Shown: positions 30,620 to 43,914, counted from the first letter of the stretch. The stretch is DNA of 64,000 nucleotides from the human T2T-CHM13v2.0 reference genome, Homo sapiens (GCF_009914755.1 NC_060929.1); one strand, 5' to 3'. The notes: generated by a model from the sequence alone, not told the origin. Translations and numbers: made by a program.

Positions 30620-30805
30620 TCTGTAAAATCTGGCTATGTCAATGATCTATTCAAGATATTTCACTCCTTGAAAACTCATTTTCTCCATCTAAAAATGGAG
30701 ATTATCACAAATTTCATCTCATTGAACTGGTGGAAAAATTAAATTGGATTGTGATTGAAGTGCTTAGAATAGCGCTCAGACAATATAATTACTCATTAAG
30801 TGGCA
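30620..30805 (+). mobile_element. MIR relic
   Basis: CTCATTTTCTCCATCTAAAAATGGAGATTAT..AAGTGCTTAGAATAG. Confidence 0.7.
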
Positions 30806-31682
30806 GATTAAAGTATAGCAATCACAAAATTACAGCAGTGAAAACTCTGGGCAGCTTTTTAAATATTTTTATTTGATATTTGATATATTACATTTCATTT
30901 AATATTCTACTTTATATTCAGTCAGGAAAAGAAGTTAAAAGTCATTACAAATGGTTTTGTATGATAACTAAATACAATCCTAAATTTGCTCTATTTATAC
31001 TGAATTCAAAAAATTTACTTAGATTTTAGAATAATTATACAGTAGAGAAAATGTATCTTAGAAAGTGTTCATGTTATTTTACAAAGAAACAAATATTTGA
31101 AGACAGCCAGGGCTAATAGAATAAACATCACATATTATCTTAAAAGGCTTATTTTACTCAAAATAATTTGAAATAGGAAGAGAAATGTATTTTCTATTGA
31201 AACATATATGATACATTATACTGAATATATAATTCAAGCAAATTTTCAAATATGAGCAAGAATTCTAAGACTTTTTGTTTTCACCAGATATTTTAAAGGT
31301 CACACATATTCACTCTGTTTCTGCTTATACTTGGTGAATTTTTTGAGCACTGATTTCAGTAATTGGTAAAATTTATTACACATTAGGTGTAAAATGGACA
31401 TTGGTCTAAATTGCAATTCAGCCGATTTCCTCCTTACTTCAGTAAGCAGCATTTCTACTTATTCTTTCTACTGACTTTATAAGTGATTACGATTTATGCT
31501 CATCTGGAAAGGAAAATAATACTAGAAATGGATCCTCTTTAATAAATCCTAATGTTTCAGAAAAAAAGTCTGTATGAAGAAATGCAACATTTAGGCTTAC
31601 TTTGAAATTGAAAATTTGTTAGCTGAAAGTTGCCACTTTTCTAATCAGAACATTATCAAACTCTTTTTGACCCAACGTGTTT

Positions 31683-32476
31683 GTTTTTTTGTTTAATTTT
31701 ACTTTAAGTTCTAGGATACATGTGCAGAACGTGCAGGTTTGTTACATAGGTATACAAGTGCCATGGTGGTTTGCTACACCTATCAACCCATCATCTGGGT
31801 TTCAAGCCCCACGTGCATTAGGTACTTGTCCTAATGCTCTCCCTCTCCTTTTCCCCCACCCACCAACAGGCCCTGGTGTGTGATGTTCCCCTCCCTGTGT
31901 CCATGTGTTCTCATTGCTCAACTCCCACTTATGAGTGAGAACATGTGCTGTTTAGTTTTCTGTTCCTGTGTTAGCTTGCTGAGAATGATGGCTTCTAGCT
32001 TCATCCATGTCCCTGAAAAGGACATGAACTCATTCTTTTTTATGGCTGCATAGTATTCCATGGTGTATATGTGCCACGTTTTCTTTATCCAGTCTATCAT
32101 TGATGGGCATTTGGGTTAGTTCCAAGTCTTTGCTATTGTAAATAGTGCTGAGTAAACATATATGTGCATAGGTCTTTATAGTAGAATGATTTATAAACCT
32201 TTGGGTATAAACCCAGTAATGGGATTGCTGGATCAAATGATATTTCTGGTTCTATATCCTTAAGGAATTGTCACACTGTCTTCCATAGTGGTTGAAATAA
32301 TTTACACTCCCACCACAGTGTAAAAGGGTTCCTATGTCTCCACATCCTCGCCAGCATCTGTTGTTTCCTGACTTTTTGATAATTGCCATTTTAACTGGCG
32401 TGAGATGGTATCTCGTCGTGGTTTTGATTTGCACTTCTCTAATGACCAGTGATGATGCACTTTTTTTCATATGTTT
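31683..32476 (-). mobile_element. 5'-truncated L1PA7-like element
   Basis: Minus-strand ORF2 C-terminus ([15 protein letters not shown]) and 3' UTR; TSD TGACCCAA(C/T)GTGTTT at ~31668 and ~32477. Confidence 0.95.
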
Positions 32477-33999
32477 GTGACCCAATGTGTTTTACAATAA
32501 GACGTATATAAGCAAAATGGACCACAAATAATCTGCGTTATTCAGCACTTCATTTGCTACCTTTTAGTGGCATTTTTTTTCTCAGATATAGGAAAACAAT
32601 AAAGCAAGAAAAAGTAATTAGAAAGAATTTTCTTGAAAAGTGTGACCATTAGTGAATTTCCCATCATCCAGATGGTAATAGGCAATCTCTTAAAGGGAGC
32701 TATGTGCGTTTTTACTGAGTGAAGATATAATCTTCTATCATTTCCCAAGGGAGAATGCTATAAAATATTGATGTTGGGTAGGTGAGTGTAAAAGAGCACA
32801 AACACTCGTCTATTTTTTTTGCTGATACCTCTTTTTTTTTTAAGGTGTTCTCATCTAATCTCTCTCCTCAAGAAAGACTGTGATATTGTTCTTTGAAGTC
32901 CCTAGCTCATCCCAGTTTCCATTCAAAATTCCAGTAGAATCCTGACTCTGCAGGTTGAGAAAAGTATGCTACCACTTAACAACACTTTTCCTACCACAAG
33001 GATTCAACTGAAGGAGATGGGGAGAAGGTGAATCACATAAGTTACCATGCTCTTTAAATCAGTGTTTAATAAAAAAGAAGAGCAGAGAGAAAGAGGAGAA
33101 TAACACCATTCCATGGTTCTAGAAGGAAAAGTCATTGTATATTTTCCTTTCACAGATTGTGAAAGCAACAGTTATTCCCAGAATCACTAATTTGATCTAC
33201 TTTATGATTTAACCCAACAAAGAAAATCTCATATAAATGATAAACTCCTATTTATCTGTAGTCAGGTCTGGACTGAATAAGTGTTTTGTCATACTGTCTT
33301 TCCCTTTTTCTTCATTGTTCTTGAAACTGTGTACAAATCTCACAAATATGAATGGGGGGGCAAAAGGATGATGAAGATTGTATATTTTTCTAACAGCATG
33401 ATGTGCTGAAGAAAGGAAAGCTGAGCTACTTTGAGCAAGTAAGAACTGCAGTTTGCATAAGGCTTAACATATGTGTTATTTTTGCAGTAAATGTGATATT
33501 CAAACATTAAAGTAAAGGGAAATAGCAAATAAGGAAACCTCAGGTAATAGTGTCATTGTATAAAAGATGTTTTACTCCACTCTAATTCCAAACAAAGGCT
33601 AATATGTAAAATGATAATGCCAATACTAGTACATATTTATTCAGCAAAGTAATTTAATAACAATAAGTCCATTCCAAAGAAACCCCTTCTTATAGTGATA
33701 TTTTTGATACAAATATTTCCCAGGAAGCTTCCACTTTTCATATAATTTCTTCATTTCCCACCAAATTTTCTTGAAATATAGATTACTTCAAGTTTATATA
33801 ATGCTTAAGTGAGAGGCGCAAAGAACTAGGGCCATAACACTCTACGAATATTTTTACCTGCTTTAGTAAAGAGTGTTGTACAGAATACATTCACTACATT
33901 GGTTTTGAAATAAGAACTTAATTAATCCTGTGATTTTGGCTCAAAATTTTAAAATTATTAACAGCGTACTATGAAGAAAGCATGCAATCCCTATCACCT

Positions 34000-34210
34000 T
34001 ATAAAAAACTCAGTTTTTCAGACACTTCTGATGTGCCGGACACATCAGCCACTTTGCACACATTGACTCCAGCTGTTTTCATCATGTAAGGTGACATCAC
34101 CATCATTCACAGATAGGTAAACTGAAGTTAAGATGAGTGAAGTGGACAAGCTGTCATCATGCTGCTCTGGGCTTCTATATCCCAGATTCTCACCCATAGC
34201 TGCCATCTCA
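34000..34210 (-). mobile_element. MIR relic
   Basis: CATTCACAGATAGGTAAACTGAAGTTAAG reverse MIR core. Confidence 0.5.
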
Positions 34211-34858
34211 CAACACAGGTTTTTGATCAGTGGAGCATCATGCTATCTACACATTTTATGACCTTGGAAAGTTGCTTACCATCTATATACCTTGGACTCA
34301 GGTATAAAAATGTCTCCCTATAACCCAGATTTAATTTATATCACATACTTGTGAAGAAGCAAAGCGGTATTTTCTTCATAATATAATTGGAATAAATAAT
34401 ATTTGTTTTTATCACTTAGGGAATTAAAAACCAAAGCTAAACAGATGGTGAGCCAGAAGTGCACATAAAATTGACAAATAGATTCAACACCCAAAATATA
34501 AATGGAGATTCTCTAGGGATTTAACTTCACTAAGATGGCCATGTGAAGTATTTAATTTATTTTCTCCTTTCAAATCAGAATCTTTCAGATTTTCTATTTC
34601 ATAATAACATAGTACATTCATCTAAGTAAAATACGGCCAAGTCCTCATTTTTATAAATACTCCATAAAAATGCTAAATGTTATGAAAATGTTTTCTAAAG
34701 AATGACAATACATTCCTGCATCTATTTCTCCTAATATATTTATACTTGTTAATGTAACCCGTTTGAAGGAAAAATGTGTCATGATAATTTCTATATATGC
34801 TATGCATTTTAAAATCTATTTTATAGTGAAATCTACCACTAATTCTTATTGAATATTG

Positions 34859-35606
34859 TGTTAAAATAAGCAGAAGTCTCTGACAATCTCAGACTAATAG
34901 CTCTTAGTAAGCACACTGGAGAAACAATTCTTTCAACTGGATTTAAAAGATAAGAGCCTCAGATGCCGGGTGCAGTAACTCACCCCTGTAATCCCAGCAC
35001 TTTGGGAGGCCATGATGTGCAGATCACTTGAGGTCAGGAGTTTGAGACCAGTCTGGCCAATATGGTGAAATTCTGTCTCTACTAAAATTACAAAAACATT
35101 ACGTGGGTATGGTGGTGCACGCCTGTAATCCCAGCTACTTGGGAGGCTAAGGCAGGAGAATTGTTTGAACCCAGAAAGGTGGAGGCTGCAGTGAACCGAG
35201 TTTGTGCCACTGCACTCCAGCCTGGGTGACAGAGTGAAACTCAAAAAAAAAAAAAAAAAAAAAGAAGAAGAAGAAGAAAAGAAGAATAGAAAAAGAAAAG
35301 AACCTCAGTCAATCACAAAGAGCCAACCAGCCTATTGGTTATACAACTAGGAATCTTCCATCAGACCATATCCAATAAAGGCAAATGCCTCATCACACTA
35401 TGCCCAAATAAGGTAGATGCCTTGCTCTGGCCAGTCAGTTAATTTTTCTACTTTGCTTTCATATTCAGCCTATAAAAGTTCTCTGTTCATTTTGCTGGGC
35501 AGAACTCTGAACCTCTTCTGATTCTGAGTGCTGCCCAATTTATTAATAATCCTTTCTTCAAATAAACTTCATTAAATGTCGTTTATCTGAGGTTTTTCTT
35601 TTAACA
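34859..35606 (+). mobile_element. ERV1 solo LTR of the MER57/MER93 group, split by an Alu
   Basis: TGTTAAAAT start; AATAAAGGCAAATGCC; TATAAAA at 35471; GCTGCCCAATT; AATAAA at ~35561; end TTTTTCTTTTAACA. Confidence 0.75.
34964..35297 (+). mobile_element. Alu (AluS-type) with A/(GAA)n tail
   Basis: Full dimer; TSD AAGA(G/A)CCTCAG at 34952-34962 and 35298-35308. Confidence 0.95.
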
Positions 35607-36204
35607 AATGTTTAAAAGCAGTTTGGTACATAAAGCGATGTGTAGTGGAAAGCATTTTATCCACCAGGCAGTATCCTTCTTACAAACTGCCCCGTGACTT
35701 TTTCCGTCTAACCCTAATAACATCTCTGAGAAATAATCAGTATTTGCCTCACTTTTTGAAAATGAAATGGATTACTCCAAAGGTTAACTGAAATGATCTC
35801 AAACCTGGAACCATTAAATGACACAGATTATCTGAAAACTAGACACAGTTGATCAAAAATCTCTGTGACAATATACTGTTCTGAAATAAATTGTGATTTC
35901 CTTGAGCATGTATAAGTTTAGGGGTATTTACTGAATCAGTGAAAAAAAATTAAACGGATAGTTATAGAGGCAATTAGATAAGGTGTCAGCGCTTTAATTT
36001 CTAGCACTTAATTTCCCCAAAATACTAATTATTATTTTCCGCTGTTCAATCTCATTCAGAGCCTAATGCCAATTTGACATTGAGACAGAATGATAATGTG
36101 ATTGTCAGACTGGAATGCTAATAGTTGGTAAAGGGTTTGAGCTCAGAACAGAGGGAAAGCTAGTTAGTACAGATGGAACTTTGGTTAAATTCAGCAGTTG
36201 TAAT

Positions 36205-36625
36205 AAACATTTGTTGAACTCTAAGTAGAGAGATTTTATAAAAAATATCACAGTCTTTATGGCTTAGATAACAGGAATGCTTTTTCTTACAGTTTTGGAA
36301 GTAAGAAATTACTTCCAAAAGTAATTTGGAAGGACAAGGTATTGGCCGGGCTGATTTCACTCTGAGGCCTCTCTCCTGGGCTCACTGATGGCTGTCTTCT
36401 CCCTGTATCGTCACATGGTCTTTCCTCTTTCTGTGTTGCCTGTATCTTTATCTACTCTGCTTTAAAGAACACCAGTCATATTGAATTACAGCCTGAGCTA
36501 ACAATCCTATTTTAACTTAACTGCTTCTTTAAAGGCTTTAAAGGCCTAATACAGTTGCATTCTGGGGTATTGGGGGTTAGATTTCCAACATGTAAATTGG
36601 GGAAGAAAACATCTTAACCCCTAAA
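36205..36625 (-). mobile_element. MLT1B-like MaLR solo LTR
   Basis: CTGAGGCCTCTCTCCTGGGCT..TCACATGGTCTTTCCTCT..ACACCAGTCATATTG..CATTCTGGGGTATTGGGGGTTAG. Confidence 0.85.
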
Positions 36626-36649
36626 AGTGACATATTAAGTGTAAAAATT

Positions 36650-36803
36650 AAAAAAAATTATATAATATATATTTTAGGCATCTTATAGATATAATATATA
36701 TTTTATACATATATAATGTATATTTTAGACAGCATATATAATAAATGTATGTATACTATTTAGTCATTTTGTGTGTATATATATATATATAAAATACATA
36801 ATA
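36650..36803. repeat. TA-rich low-complexity tract
   Basis: Degenerate (TA)n. Confidence 0.75.
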
Positions 36804-36880
36804 TTTAGGCATTGTATAATGCCTAAAACACTATGTTAATCACGGATTAGCCGAGGTCAATAGGCGACATTTCTTCCTGG

Positions 36881-37000
36881 GTCACTTTAGGGGCTAAATT
36901 GTGTCCTTCTCCAATTTATACGTTGAAGATCTAGCCCCCAGTACCCAAGAATGCAACAGTATTTGGGATAAAGCTCTTAAAGGAGCAGTTAAGGTAAAAT
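36881..37000 (+). repeat. MLT1B 5'-end fragment in inverted orientation to 36509-36631
   Basis: Reverse complement aligns over ~120 bp, including the flank GTCAC. Confidence 0.75.
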
Positions 37001-37060
37001 ATATATATATATACACATAATATATGTATGTGTGTGTGTGTATTTATATATACATATATG
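36999..37060. repeat. (TA)n/(TG)n microsatellite
   Basis: Direct inspection. Confidence 0.85.
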
Positions 37061-37779
37061 TTTAATTGTTAGTTGATTCTAGCCTACCCAAGCAATATAT
37101 CCAACTACTGAATTTTTATTTGTATTTTAAAAATCAAACCAAGCCTTGTTTTCTACATAAAGTATTGTCTCAAGTTTCCTCTTTTTGGACAATATACCCT
37201 GTAAATCTAGAGACAAGCAGCAAATAAGAGACACTGTAAAGAAAGCATTAACAGGCTTTAATGATGAACTCGATGGTCTGAGGAGAAGAGGAGTAGTTGG
37301 TGTTGTAATGTAAAAGAAGGTGTTAATATGTTATTATGTTTAAAACATATGGGAGATATTTGAGGAGGAGAGTTGAGCACCTCAGGATTTGACCTGTTAG
37401 GTTTCAGATGGAAAAGGCAATTAGATATATCTAAACACTATTTGTAAATAAAGAAGCATAGAAAAGTGGGGACTAATTGTATATTTACAACTGATCTTCA
37501 AAAAAAATTGACAAGTCTAAATGAGAATTTAAAGTATACAGCAGGAAAATGTAAAGAAAAAAAGGGTTATGGCTGAGAATAGGTTCTTAAGGATTGTAAA
37601 GTTTCAGAAAGCCCACTCAGTAAGTCAAAATTATGTTAGAGAGAGTAGAAACGTGTATACTCTTGTACTATAAAAGCTGAGTAAAGAAAACGCGTCATAA
37701 ACGAGGAGTCTAACATGAGAAAAGTAGTGAAAGTTCATGAAGAGTAAATTCAAACCATTGAGTTCAACAACCATTTGTA

Positions 37780-38005
37780 TGAGAATTTAAGCTCCCTTGT
37801 ACTAGGAATATTTGTTTTTTGAGCTGGCATATTCCCAGTACCTAGAATAGTGCCTTAGGCCTGCAAACCCCTCTTTAGTTCCCTGTTTGAAATAGCAACC
37901 TCAGTTGTGGGTAAGGCAGGTCCTACATCTGATATTGTTACAAATACTGACAAGTTAAAACCACTGTCTGGAGTAGGCCAAATGTTCAATAAATAAGGTT
38001 AAATC
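37780..38005 (+). mobile_element. L2 3' end split by a 125-bp insertion
   Basis: TAAGCTCC..ATTCCCAGTACCTAGAATAGTGCCT [insert] TTCAATAAATA. Confidence 0.7.
37857..37981 (+). repeat. 125-bp direct copy of 39236-39360
   Basis: Ungapped match with 5 mismatches counted by eye. Confidence 0.97.
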
Positions 38006-39235
38006 AGGGAATTAAAAACATTGATGAGGAAAGTCTCATTGAATTATTGCAGACAATAGGTGACACAGCTGTATGAGAAGAAATTCAGATCAAGCTGCTT
38101 GAGTATGTTAAGCTGGGAGTTTGAGTGTCTGTGAACAGTAAAGTTTTGAAAAAAGTAGAGGAGATCTGGAAAATACATTCCCTGAAGGAGACCTCAATAA
38201 GTAAATGAAATTATGACTAAAGAGACTTCAATAGCAAATTGAATAAAACGTATTGTGTGTATCTTGGTAACTGGAAGGATTCACCCGGTAATAAAGCCAG
38301 TAGCCAGAATGTTACCTGAAACATAGAAGATTTAAAAAAAATAGCTGGTATAAGCATAAGTTAATAAATGGCATTTTGGAACTGTCAAAACAACTAAAAA
38401 TATATATTTTATATTCTATTTCTTAAGTCTTCAGTGGTTACTGGGGATAGCAGAATTACCTAGGTTCTCCTAATCAGACCAACTGGTTTGAGGTTATTAT
38501 TCAGAGAAGAGCCAATATGAATAAGGACAAGTTTCATTTAATAAATAAACTAAAAAGGGTGTCAGTGTTTCAGAGACGCCACAAGCATTCAAGTGAAATA
38601 GGAGTAAAAGTCCCTATAGAGTATCCATATACTCCTTCCCTACTGACAACTACAAGTATGTGACTAGAAGCAGTTGGATCTTGCAGCAAGCAGTCTCTTG
38701 GAAGGGGTATGCATACATTCAGATGGATAGCCACTGCTTTATTTCACTGATCTTCCTGGAGTGTCTTCAAGCAAGCTATTTTAAGAAAGTAATTTTTGGC
38801 TTAAACCAGCACAAGTAAGTTCTTCTGTATGCAACCTAGTATATAGCAATGTGAAGATGCAATTTAGAAATGAAGAAACAGTAGTGACCGTTCCCTCTCC
38901 CCACCACACACACACATAACCTCAAGCTCAAATTCAAAGAAAAAGGCGTTTTGCCTCTTAAATGTCATTCAAGGCAGCTGAGTGTGTCAACATTTATTGA
39001 CATGTCAGTGCCAATTTCATTCAACTGTTCTGGGACATGAAGGATTAACCAGATCTTGTCCTCCTTTGTATCTTCAGGGTTTGTACAGCCAGTACTAAGA
39101 AAAGTGATAGATACAATGCAGTTAATAAGCTGCATGAACAAAAGAGCTAATCAATTACTATTTTCAAAATTCATGTCCATCAGGGACTTTCTAGATGATA
39201 TTGCTGACATTTCCAGTATCTATGCCCCCAACCTC

Positions 39236-39360
39236 AGGCCTGCAAACCCCTCTTTAGTTCCCTGTGTGAAATAGAAACCTCAATTGTGGGTAAGGCAGTT
39301 CCTACATCTGATATTGTTACAAATACTGACAAGTTAAAACCACTGTCTGGAATAGGCCAA
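39236..39360 (+). repeat. Probable donor copy of the 125-bp duplication
   Basis: AGGCCTGCAAACCCCTCTTTAGTTCCC...CCACTGTCTGGAATAGGCCAA. Confidence 0.95.
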
Positions 39361-40369
39361 CCGCATGGATGTTTCAATTTGGAAAATCTCGGTGTAACAA
39401 CACCAGCTTCTACAGTGCTTCCTGATGCAAGATCATGAGAAGAAAATAGCTTAGCCTGCCACCTTGCTCCCACATAATGCAAATTCAACACCAGGAGTGT
39501 AAGTCCAGATAAGAAAAATAAGTAAGACACTTTTTAAGATACTTAACTGTCACAAGTATCTGTGAGAACACATTTTAAAAGTGGTGAAAGATATCACAGG
39601 TAAAATCAAATAGTATGCTTATCTGAGAATCCTCTGTCAATTTTTGTGAACTATTTTAAACATCACAATTATTATTGATATCATTATTATCATCACGTTT
39701 ATATTGCCTTTTCGTTAGGCTTAACCTAAGTACTTCTAAGTTTTCAAAGATTTTTGAAGTTAACTGTTATACATAGAAGCCATATGATCTAGAACTGAGC
39801 ACACTGAGATTTTAAATCTCATAACAATATTGGTTTATATTTATTTACATATGTTGCTTAAATCACCTTTCCCTGTCTCTGATGCACTACTACATACTAT
39901 ATAGTAAGCATAAATATGTGCAGCCCAGGGGAAGAAAATAATTAGGAAGATCCATTTCACCCTACTTCCAGATAATGAAGTAACATTTCAAATTGCCAGA
40001 AACAGTTGTTGTTAATTGGGTCCATTGATTGTTCCATTCTGTTGTGGGAATCCGGCTTGCCTTCCCTTCCTGTCCACACTTTAAAGTGAGGTATTATTTG
40101 ATTCATGAATTCTTAAATTGAAATTGAACTCAGACTTCCCACTATTCTATCATGCTCTTGTGTATACTCAATAGCTTAGCTTTTCTTAGCTTAATTTTAT
40201 GTAACTTACTTTCACTGTTCCCATGAAAATAAACATGGTTATTATCAATAAATATAATCTGTCAGTAAAAGTAACAGGACACGTGGTAGCTCCTTTATCT
40301 TATTTTCATTTATCCTGAAAAAATATGTCAGAGGTAAAAGAATCTGATATTTAATGCAAGTATTTCTTA

Positions 40370-40466
40370 AATATATATAAACATGTATATATGTGTATAT
40401 ATATATATGAATACATACATATTTAGACCCATATGCATACACATATATACATACACATATATATTT
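40370..40466. repeat. (TA)n/(TACA)n low-complexity repeat
   Basis: Direct inspection. Confidence 0.8.
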
Positions 40467-42004
40467 TTGATACAAAATTCACATGAAATTTTTTTGTGAA
40501 TTAACTTTAGGGCTGTAAAATATCACCATATTTTATTTTGGTGGTTTCTAAGAATTTGACAGATGCCAAAAACTAAAAAACCAAAAAAAAAAAAATTCCC
40601 AAAACTGTTAGTAAGGGAAGTGGTTTTACTCCCGCAGCAATTCATCATAAATTATTATTCTATGAGGAACATTTAGATTTGAGTTACAAATAATAACTCC
40701 AGTGAATTCTAATGCAATGATGATGGTTTAAATAAAAAGAAGCCTAAATACAGAATGACAAAACCAAAAAATGTACAAAGAAAATAAATAAAATATTTCC
40801 AGAAGATACAGAATATATCTCTAGTTAATTGCTAACAAATTGTTAGATAGACAAAGAAGGTGACAGATTTACATGTGGTGTTACATCAACACAGTCCAGT
40901 AATACATAGCTTAGGAAAAAAAAAATGATACAAAGTTAAATATTCATTGTATGAGGTGAATATAATGAAGACTTTTTGTTTAATATAAATACTACATTGC
41001 CTTGCCTTATATACCTTTTTATAATCCCATAGCTCCCTTCTTAGAGCCTAAGAACCATTAATTCTTAATTACTATATGTAACTTGATAGAATAAAATAGA
41101 CTCTTGCTTTAAAAAAGTATCACATAATTTAGAAAAAAATTAATACAATTTCTTTTGTACTACAGAGAAATTATTTCATGATCTAAGAGAGAAAGTTACT
41201 AGATGAATAATTTATGCCTACAGTAATTAATGTTCTTATGCATTGGTAAGGTGACTTTGTACTTCAGAGTAGATAGCATAATTTCTTCCTGGTATTTTTT
41301 TTATGAGTAGTCTCTTGGTTATAATGAAAACTGATATTTTCAATTTCATCAAAATTGAACTAACTTTAAAATGTAATCATTTGAATCCAATGTTCTCCAA
41401 GTGAATAGCCTTAAAATAAATGAACGTTCTGCTGAAAGCAACACAATTCAGAGAGTTTGCATGTTTTTTAAGTACCCAAAATAACTTTCCTAATTTCATT
41501 TTTTAAAACAAAGATAAGTTTTATTCATGCTCCATGAAAAAATTAGTAGAATGAAACAAATAATAGCCTTACAGAAAAACCTCAATTACTTGAAAATAAA
41601 AGTAATATGTATTAGAAAAATCCTGTGTCTATAATAAATAAAATTATAGAATAAAATGTTCACATTCTATTACCATTTCAATCTGCTTAAGGATGTTATG
41701 CTTTATAAAAATTTAAAAGATGGTAGAATAAAAGGCAAATACAGATTTCACTTGAAATATAAGTATATTTTAAGGGTATTTTTGACATTATAACATGAAT
41801 ATAAACATTTCTTTGCAGTGACATATTTAAAATTTCTGTTAATTCCATTGCCTTAGTATCAACATCTTCCTGTTAGCAAGTCAAATAGACAAAAAGAACA
41901 TGCTGATATATCATTCCTATTCATGAATAAAGTACTTTCCTTTTCTACATGGATCAAGGAATGAATTTTGTATAGAGTCAGACTTTCTTGCCCCTGCCCC
42001 CAAA

Positions 42005-42056
42005 TTATATATATATATATGTATGTATATATATTCCTATTTGTGTGTGTGTTTGT
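42005..42056. repeat. (TA)n/(TG)n microsatellite
   Basis: Direct inspection. Confidence 0.8.
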
Positions 42057-43167
42057 GGAACATTATCCACTCTCTGAAAATAGAATAAATGAACAGCAAA
42101 TGTAGAAAGAAAATAATTCATCAGGTATCTATATACCCCACATCTCTAAATAAACTTATTTGGAGAGATTGCTACCTAATATTCTGCAAAGATAGGTCTA
42201 GTTCTTTAGCTGTTAAGCTGACCTAAACTGTAAAATTCATTCATCAAATTAACAAGCTTCACCTTAAACCCTCTTTAGACATGGGAGATGAGAATGAATA
42301 AATTCAATCTCATGTAAATGTATTATAAACCAGCAATGAGAGGCTAAGGCAACTAATGAATCAGGAGAGAATTAGAGGGTTGAAGGAGAGTGGGCTCAAT
42401 ATATGATCAATATGAGAAATGAGAAGAATGTGGCTCATTTCATATTATAATGATTATCCTGATACTGATGAAAGTAGAAGGCTGCTACATGTACCTTCTA
42501 TTGCTCTAGATTGATTATCTCCTGAATATTTCACTCTGTTTTCTATCCCAGTCTTTCTACCTGTTCCACCAAAATGTTTTCTAAAGCAGTCTTCTTTCCT
42601 TTAATTATAATTTACTAGACCTCCACTATGTTAGGAGATACGAGTGTAGAAACACTGAAAAATGAGACATACAAAATCATTTGTAAAATGAAAATAGTGA
42701 AATACACATAAGTTCCATGCCTTTTTAAAAAATAATTTATTCTTTTAAATAGTAATTAATAGTGTTAAGTAATGGTGACAAATCAATAAAACCCTTGATT
42801 GTGTCATTTTTTAACTTGTTTGTCCAGTGAATGAAGCACACAATCACCTCTAAAGTGCTCACCTCCTGATTTTAGAAATATGTACATATTTGATCTAAAA
42901 CAGGATTTAGGTGAGATGATATTTTTGGATCAACATAATATAATTCCACAAAACTTTTGCACTAATCAAATATTTTGATTCCCTATAATATTCATTGGGA
43001 GTCAACAGCCTCACACAACATATCTGGACTTCACACTGAATAGAAAAAACTAAGGTTTGCTGTGGGAAAGTAAGTTTGGTGGATTCCTGCACACTATTTA
43101 ATTATGCTATGTTCTTGAAAGGTTGTAAACTATTGTTTTGAAGGATATTTTTGAGGTCCTCTGAAAT

Positions 43168-43397
43168 GAGAGTTTTCAGACTTGAAAGATCAGAAACCAC
43201 AGGACTTAGATACACAAGATAAACACACACACACACATACACATGCACACACCGTTTCATAATGTAATGTGCAATACACTGTTATTGTCAGCGTATTTCT
43301 TATGTTTTCTAGTTTATTAACAGTATATTAGTGGCAAAGTCATTAAATTGATTTTATAACCTTAATCAGTTGCAACCAATAATCTGAAAATACTGTA
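43168..43397. mobile_element. hAT-Charlie-type MITE relic with internal (CA)n
   Basis: End CATTAAATTGATTTTATAACCTTAAT..GTTGCAACC..CTGAAAATACTG resembles Charlie-family termini. Confidence 0.45.
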
Positions 43398-43914
43398 ATA
43401 GATCCAATCTATTTTATATTTGATATAACCCTACATGGCCCAATCGAAACACTGTTAAGATGGTATTGCTAAAATATTGTCTGAGGTAAAATCTCCACTT
43501 TTTTAACAATATAATTTTTAAACGAATCCATCCTCATTCCTTGTCTATTTTACTCTGTGTGGAATGTGTTGAAGACTTGTCATAGTATGTTCAGCTTTAG
43601 ATATAATTTTAAAACAAATGAGAAATTATATTTGAAATTTATTATACGGCTTTTGAAGTACTTCCAAAAATGGATTATTTATTGAAAGGTAAAAAGAATA
43701 GAATTGTCTAAATTTTCAAAGATACTCTATCTATTAGTATTGCTATAATATTGCTGTAAGAACATGCCAGCTTTTGTTTCTTTATTTCCTTTCCCTTAAA
43801 ATAAAATATATTAGTAAATTAATAAATTTGTGAATACACACTATGAAAATGAGTAAATCATCCATATGCAAGTTCTGGAATTCAAGTATTCATTCCTTAA
43901 AATGTCTGAAGGAT

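Noticed and set aside
32660-32960. GTGAGT donor at 32782 and acceptor at 32844 as an intron
   Set aside because: An implied intron of about 63 nt is too short for a typical human intron, and no coding frame supports it.
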